A stretch of DNA of 56,994 nucleotides from contig DIMA01000018.1 in NCBI GenBank assembly GCA_002425325.1, forward strand, positions 74,259 through 131,252. The letters are read 5' to 3'. Origin of the DNA: Bacillales bacterium UBA5578. GTDB lineage: Bacteria > Bacillota_I > Bacilli_A > RF39 > UBA660. A model generated the notes under the pieces. The model did no database searches and was not told the DNA's origin. It was given only the letters and a program-made list of their open reading frames with translations. The first letter of the stretch is position 1; each line of letters starts with the position of its first letter. The translations under genes and the position numbers were made by a program. Below, one piece after another: positions 40,214-50,769 of the stretch.

Positions 40214-42439
40214 ATGGAAAATTATATAATGGGTAATTTTAGACAAGTAATATTTGAGTCAGATAAAGGATATATAATTGGTCTATTTAAAGTAAAAAAA
40301 ACAGATATTGAAAGTATGAAGGATTATGTAAATAAAACTATTACTTTTACTGGTTATTTTCATGAATTAACAATTAATGAAAATTATTATTTTAAAGGTG
40401 AAGAGAGTTTTCATCAAAAATATGGTTTTCAATTTAATGTTAAAGAATATGAAAGAGTAAAACCTGATGATAAAGATGGTATAGTTGAATTTTTATCTAG
40501 TGATTTATTTAAAGGAGTAGGAGAAAAATTAGCGATTAAAATAGTAGAAACTTTAGGTGAACAAGCCCTTGAATTAATATTAGAGGATAAAAGTAATTTA
40601 CTTTTAGTACCTAAGATGACACAAAAGAAAGCTGATAGTATTTTTGATACATTAAGTAAATATGAGGAAAGTCATAAAACAATTGTATATTTAACAGATT
40701 TAGGTTTTGTAATGCGAGATGCTTTATTAATTTTTAATAAATATAAAAATAATACACTTAGTGTAATAGAACATAATATATATACAATTATAGATGATAT
40801 TGAAGAAATTAATTTTAAAAAACTAGATAGTATAGCTATTAAGATGGATAATACATATGATTCTATTGAAAGAATTAAAGCATGTACTTACTATATTATG
40901 GGGGATTTAACATTTAAAACAGGAGATACATATTTATATAGAGAAGATATCTATGATGCTTTAATTAAGTATTTAAGATTTGAAATAGATTATGATTATT
41001 TTAACGAGATATTAGAAGAATTAGCTGCAGAAAATAAAATAAATATAAGTGATGATAAATATTATTTATCTGATATATACGAGGGTACTGATAATATAAT
41101 AAATAAAATTAATTATTTAAATAATAAGAGTCATAAAAAATATACTAATATAAATTCATATATAGCAGAATTAGAAGAATATAATGGTATAAAATATAAT
41201 GATAAACAAATTATGGCAATAAAAAAAGCTCTAGAAAATAATATATTAATAATAACTGGAGGACCTGGTACAGGTAAAACAATGATTATTAAAGCTATTG
41301 TGGAATTATATAGAAAACTTAATAAATTTAATGAAAAAGAATTAATAAGTGCAGTAGCTTTATTAGCGCCTACAGGTAGAGCGAGTAAAAGATTAAGTGA
41401 ATCTACTAATTTACCAGCTAGTACAATACATAGATTTTTAAAATGGAATAGAGAGTCAAATACATTTAATGTAAATGAGTATAATCCAGATTTTAGTAAT
41501 TTAATTATTGTAGATGAAGTTAGTATGATAGATATAGAACTTATGAATAATTTATTAAAAGGTTTAACTAATAATATAAAGCTAATATTAGTAGGGGATT
41601 ATAATCAATTACCTAGTGTAGGACCTGGAATGTTACTTAAAGATTTAATTGATAGTGAAGTAGTGGATACAGTTAAATTAGATATATTATATAGACAAAA
41701 AGAAAATAGTTATATTCCTATATTAGCAGATGAAATTAGAAGCGATAATTTAGGTGATTTTTTATCTACAAAAGATGATTATACTTTTTTAACTTGCAAT
41801 AGTGCTAGTATAATTAGTAATTTAAAGAAAATATGTAAACAAACAATAGATAAAGGATATGATTATAAAAGAGAACAAATAATGGCTCCAATGTATGCTG
41901 GCGTTAATGGTATTGATAATTTAAACAAAGAATTACAATCTATATTTAATCCGGCTAGTAAAGATAAAAAAGAAGTAAAATACGGAGATGTTATTTATCG
42001 TGAAGGAGATAAAGTATTACAATTAGTAAATGATCCAGATAATAATGTTTTTAATGGTGATATTGGTATAATATATAGCATAAAAAGTAACAATCAAAGT
42101 AAGAGTGGTAAAGTAGAAGTATATATAGATTTTGATGGTAATATGGTTATTTATCAAGTAAAAGATTTAGCTAATATTAAACATGGTTTTATAATAAGTA
42201 TTCATAAAGCGCAAGGTAGTGAATTTGATTTAGTAATAATACCAATATGTCGAAGTTATTATAGAATGTTATATAAAAAGTTAATATATACAGGTATTAC
42301 TAGAGCAAAGAATAAATTGATAATAATAGGTGAACCAGATGCATTTGTTCAAAGTGTAAATAGTAATAATGAACAAATTAGAAAAAGTGATATGGTTGAA
42401 AAGTTAAGAAAAGTATGTATAGAATCAAATAATATGTAA
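40214..42439 (+). CDS. recD2: ATP-dependent RecD-like helicase RecD2
   Basis: FLSSDLFKGVG, ITGGPGTGKT, LAPTGRASKRL, IVDEVSM, VGDYNQLPSVGPG, SIHKAQGSEF, YTGITRAK. Confidence 0.95.
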   Translation: MENYIMGNFRQVIFESDKGYIIGLFKVKKTDIESMKDYVNKTITFTGYFHELTINENYYFKGEESFHQKYGFQFNVKEYERVKPDDKDGIVEFLSSDLFKGVGEKLAIKIVETLGEQALELILEDKSNLLLVPKMTQKKADSIFDTLSKYEESHKTIVYLTDLGFVMRDALLIFNKYKNNTLSVIEHNIYTIIDDIEEINFKKLDSIAIKMDNTYDSIERIKACTYYIMGDLTFKTGDTYLYREDIYDALIKYLRFEIDYDYFNEILEELAAENKINISDDKYYLSDIYEGTDNIINKINYLNNKSHKKYTNINSYIAELEEYNGIKYNDKQIMAIKKALENNILIITGGPGTGKTMIIKAIVELYRKLNKFNEKELISAVALLAPTGRASKRLSESTNLPASTIHRFLKWNRESNTFNVNEYNPDFSNLIIVDEVSMIDIELMNNLLKGLTNNIKLILVGDYNQLPSVGPGMLLKDLIDSEVVDTVKLDILYRQKENSYIPILADEIRSDNLGDFLSTKDDYTFLTCNSASIISNLKKICKQTIDKGYDYKREQIMAPMYAGVNGIDNLNKELQSIFNPASKDKKEVKYGDVIYREGDKVLQLVNDPDNNVFNGDIGIIYSIKSNNQSKSGKVEVYIDFDGNMVIYQVKDLANIKHGFIISIHKAQGSEFDLVIIPICRSYYRMLYKKLIYTGITRAKNKLIIIGEPDAFVQSVNSNNEQIRKSDMVEKLRKVCIESNNM

Positions 42440-42488
42440 ATACTATTTATGTATATAAGTTAATATATACAAGATAGAGGTGATTGTT

Positions 42489-42638
42489 ATTAAAACAAGA
42501 GATGTCGCAATGATTATGTTAGGTGTTGTTGGATGTCTAGCTTATCAAAAATATAATAAGCCAGTAAGGGAATGCGTATCAGAAATGGTTGAAATGGAAA
42601 TTGATAAAGCTAATAACATGATCAAAAAAATGAAATAG
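42489..42638 (+). CDS. Unlisted small membrane protein (about 49 aa; ATT start at 42489 or GTG at 42480)
   Basis: Open frame ..KTRDVAMIMLGVVGCLAYQKYNKPVRECVSEMVEMEIDKANNMIKKMK; RBS gaggtg upstream; terminator atagaaag/ctttctat over the stop. Confidence 0.7.
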   Translation: MKTRDVAMIMLGVVGCLAYQKYNKPVRECVSEMVEMEIDKANNMIKKMK

Positions 42639-42663
42639 AAAGTGTAATGCTTTCTATTTTAAT

Positions 42664-42692
42664 TTGACAAAATATATAATAATTAATATAAT
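42664..42692 (+). promoter_or_regulatory. Consensus sigA promoter
   Basis: TTGACA-17 nt-TATAAT upstream of the 42717 ORF. Confidence 0.85.
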
Positions 42693-42716
42693 ACGTAGAG
42701 TTTGTGAGGTTATTAT

Positions 42717-43199
42717 ATGAAAAAGATAAAATTCGTAGGATTTAAGAAAATAAAAGTAATTGGACCTAAATATAAATTAATATTTAATAATAGTCATAGT
42801 GTTAGAACTAAAAAAGGAACAATTAGAAATATATCAAATTATTTTAAACATTTAAAAAATGGTATTAAGCCTTTAGATAAATCAAAAAAACAATTAGCAT
42901 TAGTTAGATTAATAGATTGTTATGATTATTCATATTCTAAAGCATTTTTTAAAAGAAATATACCTACAATTATAGATTCAACACTATTAGATTGTGAAGA
43001 GTTTAATTTATGGTTAAAGAATATTACTCCATCATTAAATAAATATGGTGTAAATATTAAATATATAACAGATGATTTACATTTATTGTATACAAGTAAT
43101 GTAGTATTAGTAGATGAAATGAATAAAAAAGAAACAAAACCAAAACATAAAGCAAAAATTTATAATTTTTCAGATTATAGTAGACTTAAGAATTCTTAA
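42717..43199 (+). CDS. Hypothetical basic protein
   Basis: RBS gaggt, own promoter and palindromic end; no motif recognised. Confidence 0.7.
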   Translation: MKKIKFVGFKKIKVIGPKYKLIFNNSHSVRTKKGTIRNISNYFKHLKNGIKPLDKSKKQLALVRLIDCYDYSYSKAFFKRNIPTIIDSTLLDCEEFNLWLKNITPSLNKYGVNIKYITDDLHLLYTSNVVLVDEMNKKETKPKHKAKIYNFSDYSRLKNS

Positions 43200-43246
43200 G
43201 TCTATTTATTATATTTAGAAAGTGGTATAATATAATAGGTGATTAA

Positions 43247-43735
43247 ATGAAAAAGAAAATTATTATTATTAGTTTTATACTAATTATGATAGATCAAATT
43301 ATAAAAGTAGTTATTAGTAATTTAATACCATTAAATAGTAATATAAAAATAATTCCTAATTTCTTTTATATAGCTAATGTACATAATGAAGGAGCTGCTT
43401 TTAGCATATTAAGTGGTAATAGATTTATATTATTACTTATATCATTTGTAGCGTTATTTATTATTTATAAATTCTTTATAAAAGATAAAGATTTAACAAA
43501 ATATGATATGATAATGATTAGTATGTTATATGGGGGAATTATAGGTAATTTTATAGATAGAATTATATATGGATATGTAATCGATTATTTAGAATTTATT
43601 ATTATAAATTATAATTATCCAATATTTAATTTTGCAGATATTTGTATAGTAGTATCTGTAATAGGTATAGTAATTAAAAGTATATGGGAGGATGTATGCA
43701 AGAGTTCAAAATCGAAGAAGAAACAGGACGCTTAG
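43247..43735 (+). CDS. lspA: Lipoprotein signal peptidase II
   Basis: DQIIK, NEGAAFS, GNFIDR, VIDYL, FNFADI. Confidence 0.96.
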   Translation: MKKKIIIISFILIMIDQIIKVVISNLIPLNSNIKIIPNFFYIANVHNEGAAFSILSGNRFILLLISFVALFIIYKFFIKDKDLTKYDMIMISMLYGGIIGNFIDRIIYGYVIDYLEFIIINYNYPIFNFADICIVVSVIGIVIKSIWEDVCKSSKSKKKQDA

Positions 43736-44595
43736 ATGCTTATTTAGCTAATAAACTAGAATATAGTAGAAGTAAAATAGTTAAAATGATTAAAGAAGAA
43801 TATATAAAAGTAAATGGTGTGCCTGCAAAAAATAGTTATCAAATTCATAATGGTGATGTTATTACAGTTTTAGAATATGAAGAAGAACAAATGAATGATG
43901 AACCAGAAGATATGAATTTAGATATCGTATATGAAGATAATGATGTTATAGTTGTTAATAAAGCTAATGGAATTGTAGTACATCCTGCAGTTGGAAATAC
44001 TAAAGGAACATTAGTAAATGGATTATTATATCATTCAGATAGTTTAAGTGATGTAAACGGTGAATTTAGACCAGGTATAGTACATAGAATTGATGCTTAT
44101 ACTACTGGATTAATTATGGTAGCAAAAAATAATGAAGCACATAATAAATTAGCTTTAGAATTATCTATGAAAAAGACAACCAGAAAATATTGGGCATTAG
44201 TATGGGGCGTAATTAATCATGATACAGGAACAATAGATGCTCCAATAGGTAGAGATAGTACTGATAGAAAGAAAATGGCAGTAACTGCTACTAATAGTAA
44301 AGAAGCAATTACACATTTTAAAGTATTGAAAAGATTTAAAGATGCTACTTTAATTGAGCTAAGTCTTGAAACAGGTAGAACACATCAAATTAGAGTTCAT
44401 ATGAATTATATTGGATATCCAGTAGTAAATGATCCAGTATATGGTAAACGTAGATTAATAGATGAAACAGGACAATGTTTACATGCTAAAACATTAGGTT
44501 TTAATCATCCTACAACAGGTGAATATATGGAATTTGATAGTGAATTACCTGAGTGCTTTACAAATATAATGGATATGTTTGAAAATCAAGAATAA
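43696..44595 (+). CDS. rluD: RluA-family 23S rRNA pseudouridine synthase (RluD-like)
   Basis: S4 domain, NKANGIVVHP, RPGIVHRID, LETGRTHQIRVH; lspA-rluD synteny. Confidence 0.9.
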   Translation: MQEFKIEEETGRLDAYLANKLEYSRSKIVKMIKEEYIKVNGVPAKNSYQIHNGDVITVLEYEEEQMNDEPEDMNLDIVYEDNDVIVVNKANGIVVHPAVGNTKGTLVNGLLYHSDSLSDVNGEFRPGIVHRIDAYTTGLIMVAKNNEAHNKLALELSMKKTTRKYWALVWGVINHDTGTIDAPIGRDSTDRKKMAVTATNSKEAITHFKVLKRFKDATLIELSLETGRTHQIRVHMNYIGYPVVNDPVYGKRRLIDETGQCLHAKTLGFNHPTTGEYMEFDSELPECFTNIMDMFENQE

Positions 44596-44607
44596 GGACG
44601 TGATATA

Positions 44608-45774
44608 GTGAATATTACTTTAGATAAAAATGATGAAATAGTTATGAAATTATTACATTATTTTATTACAGAACAAGGTTATAATCCTGTAATATTACAT
44701 GGTGCTAAAGATGAAATATGGTTAGAAAATACTGATGGTGAATATCAAATAATTAGAATAGTAACTAACTATATTCATAATGATGAACAATTCGATTATG
44801 ATATATTTAAAACTAAACAAATAATGAAAACAATAAAGAAAAAGACTTTATCATTTAAGATGAATGCTTTAAGTATATTTATAAATTTAGGTGAAAATGT
44901 TCATTTAAAAGATGATATTAGTAATATAGATTGTATTAAATTAACTGAAGTAAATGATATAAATAAATATGATTTTATAGTAGAAAAATATCCTTCAATT
45001 AGTAAATTAGATAAAGTTACTGAACAAGGATTAGAATTATTTATGAAATTAACTGAAGAAATTAATTTAAAAAATCAAGAAGACGCTATGAAAGCAGAAG
45101 ATGTATTTAGTAAAAAAAGACCAATTATTACTTATGCATTAATATTTAGTAATATAATTATGTATATTTTATCTGCTTTATTAGGTGGTAACTTCTTTGA
45201 TGTAGATCCTCAAATATTAGGAGAATTTGGAGGACTATTAAATTATAATACATTAAATAATAATCCAATTGAATTATATAGATTAATAACTAGTATGTTC
45301 TTACATAGTGGAATAATTCATATATTATTTAATATATATGCATTATATATTTTAGGACCTCAAATAGAGAGTTTCTTTGGTAAGTGGAAATATTTACTTA
45401 TATATTTAATTAGTGGAATATTAGGTGGATTATTATCTATGTTATTCTTACCAGATAATACTGTAGGAGTAGGAGCAAGTGGAGCAATATTTGGTCTTAT
45501 TGGTGCATTTATATTCTTTGGATATTATTACAGAGTATATTTAGGCACAGTTATTAAATCACAAATAGTTCCATTATTACTACTGAATTTTGCTATAGGT
45601 TTATTCTCATCTGGAATAAGTTTATCAGCACATATTGGTGGTTTTGTAGGTGGAATATTAAGTGCTAAAATAGTTGGTGTTAAATATAAAACAGAGTTAA
45701 GTGATTCAATTAATGGTATTATTATGACATTAATATTTACTATATTCTTAATATATTTAGGAGGAATTATTTAA
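44608..45774 (+). CDS. gluP: Rhomboid serine protease, GluP/YqgP-like
   Basis: DEIWLE N-terminal domain as in YqgP; RLITSMFLH, GASG, AHIGG; GTG start. Confidence 0.8.
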   Translation: MNITLDKNDEIVMKLLHYFITEQGYNPVILHGAKDEIWLENTDGEYQIIRIVTNYIHNDEQFDYDIFKTKQIMKTIKKKTLSFKMNALSIFINLGENVHLKDDISNIDCIKLTEVNDINKYDFIVEKYPSISKLDKVTEQGLELFMKLTEEINLKNQEDAMKAEDVFSKKRPIITYALIFSNIIMYILSALLGGNFFDVDPQILGEFGGLLNYNTLNNNPIELYRLITSMFLHSGIIHILFNIYALYILGPQIESFFGKWKYLLIYLISGILGGLLSMLFLPDNTVGVGASGAIFGLIGAFIFFGYYYRVYLGTVIKSQIVPLLLLNFAIGLFSSGISLSAHIGGFVGGILSAKIVGVKYKTELSDSINGIIMTLIFTIFLIYLGGII

Positions 45775-46118
45775 TGAAAAAATTAGTTTTAATTTTAACT
45801 TTAGTATTTGTTTTATCAGGATGTAAAGAAAAAGAAATAACAAATAAAATGGAAATTAACTGTAATTCCGATATTACTATTATAGACTTAAAAAAAGGTG
45901 ATGAAATAAGTTGTAAATTATTAAATACTGACTACATATTTAAAGTAAAATCATCTACAGAAAGTAGTATTAAATTAGAAGTAAATGATTATGGACTTAA
46001 TGATGAATCTAGTTTAGTTGATAAAAAGAAAGAATTTATCATAAAGAAGGGTGAAGATAAGGCCATAAAAACACAATCAACAGATTATCAACAAAGTATA
46101 ATATTTAGCTGGAAGTAA
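45774..46118 (+). CDS. Hypothetical lipoprotein
   Basis: MKK, hydrophobic core, VLSGC lipobox. Confidence 0.8.
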   Translation: MKKLVLILTLVFVLSGCKEKEITNKMEINCNSDITIIDLKKGDEISCKLLNTDYIFKVKSSTESSIKLEVNDYGLNDESSLVDKKKEFIIKKGEDKAIKTQSTDYQQSIIFSWK

Positions 46119-46219
46119 AATTCTAGCTTTTTTTGTGTAAAGTAAAGTAAAAAAAGACAAATAACACTTTTATTTTTAATATATTATGTTAAAATGAAAT
46201 TAATAATAGGAGTGATACT

Positions 46220-47125
46220 ATGAGTAAAGAAAAGGATAAAAAACAACAACAATCTAAAACTGATGAACAAAAGAAAAAAGAATTAGCTGAAGCTTTTGGT
46301 ATTGATTTAAAAGATATTGAACATGTAGTTTTAGATAATGGTAGAGAATATTTTAAATTTGTTAATCCTGCAGATAAATCTGTTAGAATGATTGAGAATA
46401 TTAATTATAATAATGGTATGGATATGCAATTTAAAAGTATTCAACATGAATTAGCTTTTACTCAAGGTCAAAATAAAAAAGAAAATGCTCAAGATATATT
46501 TGAACATAATTCACAATATAAAAATACTGAATTAAAATTAATATCAGTTACAGAATTAAAGAGTAATAGATTTACATACAATAGGGAAATTAATAGATTA
46601 AATGCAGTTAATAAAAAGAAATTAAAAGCATTATTAAAATGTAGTACTCAATTACGATTAAAATTAATTAATATTGAAAATGCTATTGGTATAAATCAAA
46701 ATAATGAAGTAATTGATGTAGCATTTGATTATGTTAATAATAAAGCACATATTAAAAGAAGTAATACAATTTCTTATACTAATACAAATGAAATGACTGA
46801 TAATATCAAAGCAGTTATGGATATTCCAAACGAAACATTTGATCAATTAATAAGTGGAATAGATGTTGTTGATGATCAAATAGTTGTTAGTGATAGCAAA
46901 GATATTGTTGTAAATGGAGAAACAATTACAACTTCTGATTTAGTAAATTGTTATAATATGCCAGAAATAATGGAAAAATCAAATATGAATAGTAATAAGA
47001 AATCTATAATGCAAGGTTTATTAAGTGCTATTCAAAGAAAGCAACAAGTTAAACAAAATACTATGACTAAACAAAAACAAAAAGTATTAGTAAAAAAGGC
47101 TAATAGAAATAATAAAGCAGCATAA
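46220..47125 (+). CDS. Hypothetical cytoplasmic protein
   Basis: RBS aggagt, own terminator; no motif recognised. Confidence 0.7.
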   Translation: MSKEKDKKQQQSKTDEQKKKELAEAFGIDLKDIEHVVLDNGREYFKFVNPADKSVRMIENINYNNGMDMQFKSIQHELAFTQGQNKKENAQDIFEHNSQYKNTELKLISVTELKSNRFTYNREINRLNAVNKKKLKALLKCSTQLRLKLINIENAIGINQNNEVIDVAFDYVNNKAHIKRSNTISYTNTNEMTDNIKAVMDIPNETFDQLISGIDVVDDQIVVSDSKDIVVNGETITTSDLVNCYNMPEIMEKSNMNSNKKSIMQGLLSAIQRKQQVKQNTMTKQKQKVLVKKANRNNKAA

Positions 47126-47178
47126 AAGAACTTATATAAGTTCTTTTATTTTTATGATATAATATCTTTGGTGGTTTT

Positions 47179-48978
47179 ATGAAACAAGAAAACATTAGAA
47201 ATTTTTCTATAATAGCGCATATAGATCATGGTAAAAGTACTTTAGCTGATCGTATATTAGAAGAAACCGGTGCTGTTACAGAAAGAGAACGTAAAGATCA
47301 ATTATTAGACAATATGGATATCGAAAGAGAACGTGGAATAACTATAAAATTAAATGCAGTTCAATTAAATTATAATTATAAAAATGAAGATTATGTATTA
47401 CATTTAATTGATACTCCAGGACACGTAGACTTTACATATGAAGTATCAAGATCTCTAGCAGCGTGTGAAGGTGCATTACTTGTAGTTGATGCTGCGCAAG
47501 GAATAGAAGCACAAACTTTAGCAAACTTATATCAAGCATTAGATAATAATTTAAAAATAATACCAGTTATTAATAAAATAGATTTACCTAATGCAGATAT
47601 TGAAAAAGTAAAAAATGAACTTATCAATACTGTAGGTTTTGATGAAGATGAAATAATTTTATGTAGTGCTAAAACAGGAGTAGGTATTAAGGAATTAATA
47701 GAAGCAATTATAGAAAGAATTCCTGCACCAAAAGGTAATGAAAATGAACCATTACAGGCATTAATTTTTGATAGTTATTTTGATTCTTATCGTGGAATAG
47801 TAACTTTACTTAGAATAGTTAATGGTAAAGTTAAAGTAGGAGATAAGATTAAAATGTTAGCTACTAATTGTGTTTACGATGTAGTAGAATTAGGAATAAA
47901 TAATCCAGAAGAAAAGAAAGTAAAAGAATTAACAACAGGTGAAGTAGGATATTTATGTGCTAGTATTAAAAGTATTAATGATGTAAAAGTAGGAGATACA
48001 ATTACATTAGCTAATAGACCTTGTAAAGAACCTTTAGCTGGTTATAAACCTATGAAACCAATGGTATTCTGTGGATTATTTCCTGTAGAATCAAGTAAAT
48101 TTCCTGAATTAAGAGAAGCATTAGAAAAATTAAAACTAAATGATGCATCATTAGAATTTGAACCAGAAACTTCCCAAGCTTTAGGGTTTGGATTTAGATG
48201 TGGTTTTTTAGGATTATTACATATGGAAATAATTGAAGAACGTATTGAAAGAGAATTTAATATTGATTTAATAGCGACTTCTCCATCTGTAGTATATGAA
48301 GTAGAATTAACTGATAAATCAATTGTTATGGTTGATAGCCCAGTTAAAATGCCTGATAGACAACGTATTCAAGATATTAAAGAACCATATATTAGAACAA
48401 ATATATTTGTACCTAGTAATTATATCGGTCCTATAATGGAGTTATGTCAAAATAAAAGAGGTAATTATGTATCAATGGAATATATTGATACTACAAGAGT
48501 AAATATTCATTATGAAATTCCACTATCAGAAATAGTATATGATTTCTTTGATAAATTAAAAAGTTATACAAAGGGATATGCTTCATTTGATTATGAATTA
48601 ATTGGATATAAATCAAGTAATTTAGTAAAAATGGATATATTATTAAACGGAGAAATTGTAGATGCATTAAGTTTAATTGTACATAAAGATTTTGCATATA
48701 CAAGAGGTAAAGCTATTGTTGAAAATTTAAGAAAACTAATACCAAGACAACAATTTGAAATACCTGTCCAAGCAGTAATTGGAACAAAAGCAATAGCACG
48801 TTCTGATATTAAAGCAGTACGTAAAAATGTATTAGCAAAATGCTATGGTGGAGACGTTTCACGTAAAAGAAAATTATTAGAAAAACAAAAAGAAGGTAAG
48901 AAAAGAATGAAGATGGTAGGTAGTGTAGAAGTACCACAAGAAGCTTTCTTATCAGTATTATCAATGGATGAGGAATAA
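47179..48978 (+). CDS. lepA: Elongation factor 4 (LepA)
   Basis: [56 protein letters not shown]. Confidence 0.98.
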   Translation: MKQENIRNFSIIAHIDHGKSTLADRILEETGAVTERERKDQLLDNMDIERERGITIKLNAVQLNYNYKNEDYVLHLIDTPGHVDFTYEVSRSLAACEGALLVVDAAQGIEAQTLANLYQALDNNLKIIPVINKIDLPNADIEKVKNELINTVGFDEDEIILCSAKTGVGIKELIEAIIERIPAPKGNENEPLQALIFDSYFDSYRGIVTLLRIVNGKVKVGDKIKMLATNCVYDVVELGINNPEEKKVKELTTGEVGYLCASIKSINDVKVGDTITLANRPCKEPLAGYKPMKPMVFCGLFPVESSKFPELREALEKLKLNDASLEFEPETSQALGFGFRCGFLGLLHMEIIEERIEREFNIDLIATSPSVVYEVELTDKSIVMVDSPVKMPDRQRIQDIKEPYIRTNIFVPSNYIGPIMELCQNKRGNYVSMEYIDTTRVNIHYEIPLSEIVYDFFDKLKSYTKGYASFDYELIGYKSSNLVKMDILLNGEIVDALSLIVHKDFAYTRGKAIVENLRKLIPRQQFEIPVQAVIGTKAIARSDIKAVRKNVLAKCYGGDVSRKRKLLEKQKEGKKRMKMVGSVEVPQEAFLSVLSMDEE

Positions 48979-48979
48979 T

Positions 48980-50137
48980 ATGGCTAGTAATGAACAAATA
49001 ATAAATGAAACTAAAACATTTATAAATATAGAAACAAATATTTGTAAATCAATATATGTTCATATTCCTTTTTGCACTAATATTTGTTCATATTGTGATT
49101 TTTGTAAATATTTTTACAATGAAAAAATGGTTGATGATTATTTAAATGCATTAGAAAAAGAAATTAATGCAAAATATAAAAATGAAGTTATAGAAACTAT
49201 ATATGTAGGTGGTGGGACACCAACATCTTTAAGTTATGCACAACTATCTCGTCTTTTAGATATATTAAAAAAGATAAATGTGGATAACTTAGAGTATACA
49301 GTTGAGATAAATGTGGAAAACATTGATGAAGATAAAATAAAATTATTAAGTTCATATGGTGTTAATAGAATAAGTATTGGTGTTCAAACATTTAATGAAA
49401 AGTATTTAAAATTATTAAATAGAAAACATAATAAAGAACAAGTTATAACTGCTATTAACATGATAAAAAAATATATAAGTAATATTAATATAGATTTAAT
49501 ATATGCTTTGCCTGGACAAACTCTAGAAGAATTAAATAAGGATATAGATGAATTTATAGCATTGGATATACCTCATATATCAACATATTCCTTAATAATA
49601 GAAGAACATACTATTTTAAATAATAATAATGTTGAAAATATTGATGAAGAGTTAGATTATGAAATGTATAAACTAATATGCAAAAGATTAAAAGAATATG
49701 ATCATTATGAAATAAGTAATTTTGGAAAGATAAAATCTAGACATAATTTAACATATTGGAATAATGAACATTATTATGGATTTGGATTAGGTGCATCTGG
49801 ATATATTGATAATATTAGATATACTAATACTAGAAGTTTAAATAATTATATTAATGGTAAATATATTATTGAAGAAGAAGAATTAGATTTTAATGAAACA
49901 ATAGAAAATTTATTTATATTAGGTTTTAGAAAAACTAATGGTATAAATATTGATGATACTTTAAATAAATATCATATTAATATATTAGATATTGATATTG
50001 TAAAAGAATTAATTAAAGAAAAAAAGTTATTAGTAGAAAATAATAATTTAAAAATAAATAAAGATTATATATATACTAGTAATGATATATTAACTAATTT
50101 TTTAGGAGGTAATTATGAAAGATATATTCAAGAGTGA
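48980..50137 (+). CDS. hemW: Radical SAM heme chaperone HemW (HemN-like)
   Basis: YVHIPFCTNICSYCDF, GGGTPT, HYEISNF, HNLTYW; lepA-hemW synteny. Confidence 0.9.
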   Translation: MASNEQIINETKTFINIETNICKSIYVHIPFCTNICSYCDFCKYFYNEKMVDDYLNALEKEINAKYKNEVIETIYVGGGTPTSLSYAQLSRLLDILKKINVDNLEYTVEINVENIDEDKIKLLSSYGVNRISIGVQTFNEKYLKLLNRKHNKEQVITAINMIKKYISNINIDLIYALPGQTLEELNKDIDEFIALDIPHISTYSLIIEEHTILNNNNVENIDEELDYEMYKLICKRLKEYDHYEISNFGKIKSRHNLTYWNNEHYYGFGLGASGYIDNIRYTNTRSLNNYINGKYIIEEEELDFNETIENLFILGFRKTNGINIDDTLNKYHINILDIDIVKELIKEKKLLVENNNLKINKDYIYTSNDILTNFLGGNYERYIQE

Positions 50138-50687
50138 ATTAAACTATATAATGGATAAGAGAGTAAGAGAAGCAGCAGGAGAATTAATAGATATGCTACC
50201 AGAGTATTTCTTTAGAGTACCTGCATCTTCTACAGGAAAATATCATCCTAAATGTTCAAATGTAGAAGGTGGATTAGTTAATCATACTAAAATAGCAGTA
50301 AGATATGCTAAAGAATTAATGAGTAATGATATATTATTTAATAATTTTAGTAAACATGATCAAGATATGATTATATTAGCACTTATATTACATGATGGAT
50401 TTAAGCATGGATTAGAGGAAGAAAAATATGTTCGATTTGATCATCCTATGATATCTGCTAACTTTGTAAAAGAAGAAGGGGAGAGCGTAGGATTAACAAA
50501 AGAAGAATGTGATACTTTATATGAATTAATATCTTCACATATGGGAATTTTTAATACAAGTACATATAGTGATGTAGTGTTACCTTTACCTAAAAATAGC
50601 ATGCAAAAATTTGTGCATATGTGTGATGATTTAGCTAGTAAAAAGTTTATAAATGTAGAATTTGTAAACAATAATATCGTTGAATAA
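50115..50687 (+). CDS. Stand-alone HD-domain phosphohydrolase
   Basis: PASSTGKYH..GGLVNHT, LILHDG, HP, SHMG, VHMCDDLAS. Confidence 0.85.
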   Translation: MKDIFKSELNYIMDKRVREAAGELIDMLPEYFFRVPASSTGKYHPKCSNVEGGLVNHTKIAVRYAKELMSNDILFNNFSKHDQDMIILALILHDGFKHGLEEEKYVRFDHPMISANFVKEEGESVGLTKEECDTLYELISSHMGIFNTSTYSDVVLPLPKNSMQKFVHMCDDLASKKFINVEFVNNNIVE

Positions 50688-50716
50688 AGAACTATGTAAA
50701 TAGTTCTTTTTTTATA

Positions 50717-50745
50717 TTGACAAGCGTATATAATACGCTTATAAT
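50717..50745 (+). promoter_or_regulatory. Consensus sigA promoter of thyX-tmk with a palindromic spacer
   Basis: TTGACA-17 nt-TATAAT; AAGCGTAT-ata-ATACGCTT at 50722-50740. Confidence 0.85.
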
Positions 50746-50769
50746 GTTAATAGAAGGTTGAGGTTGGAT

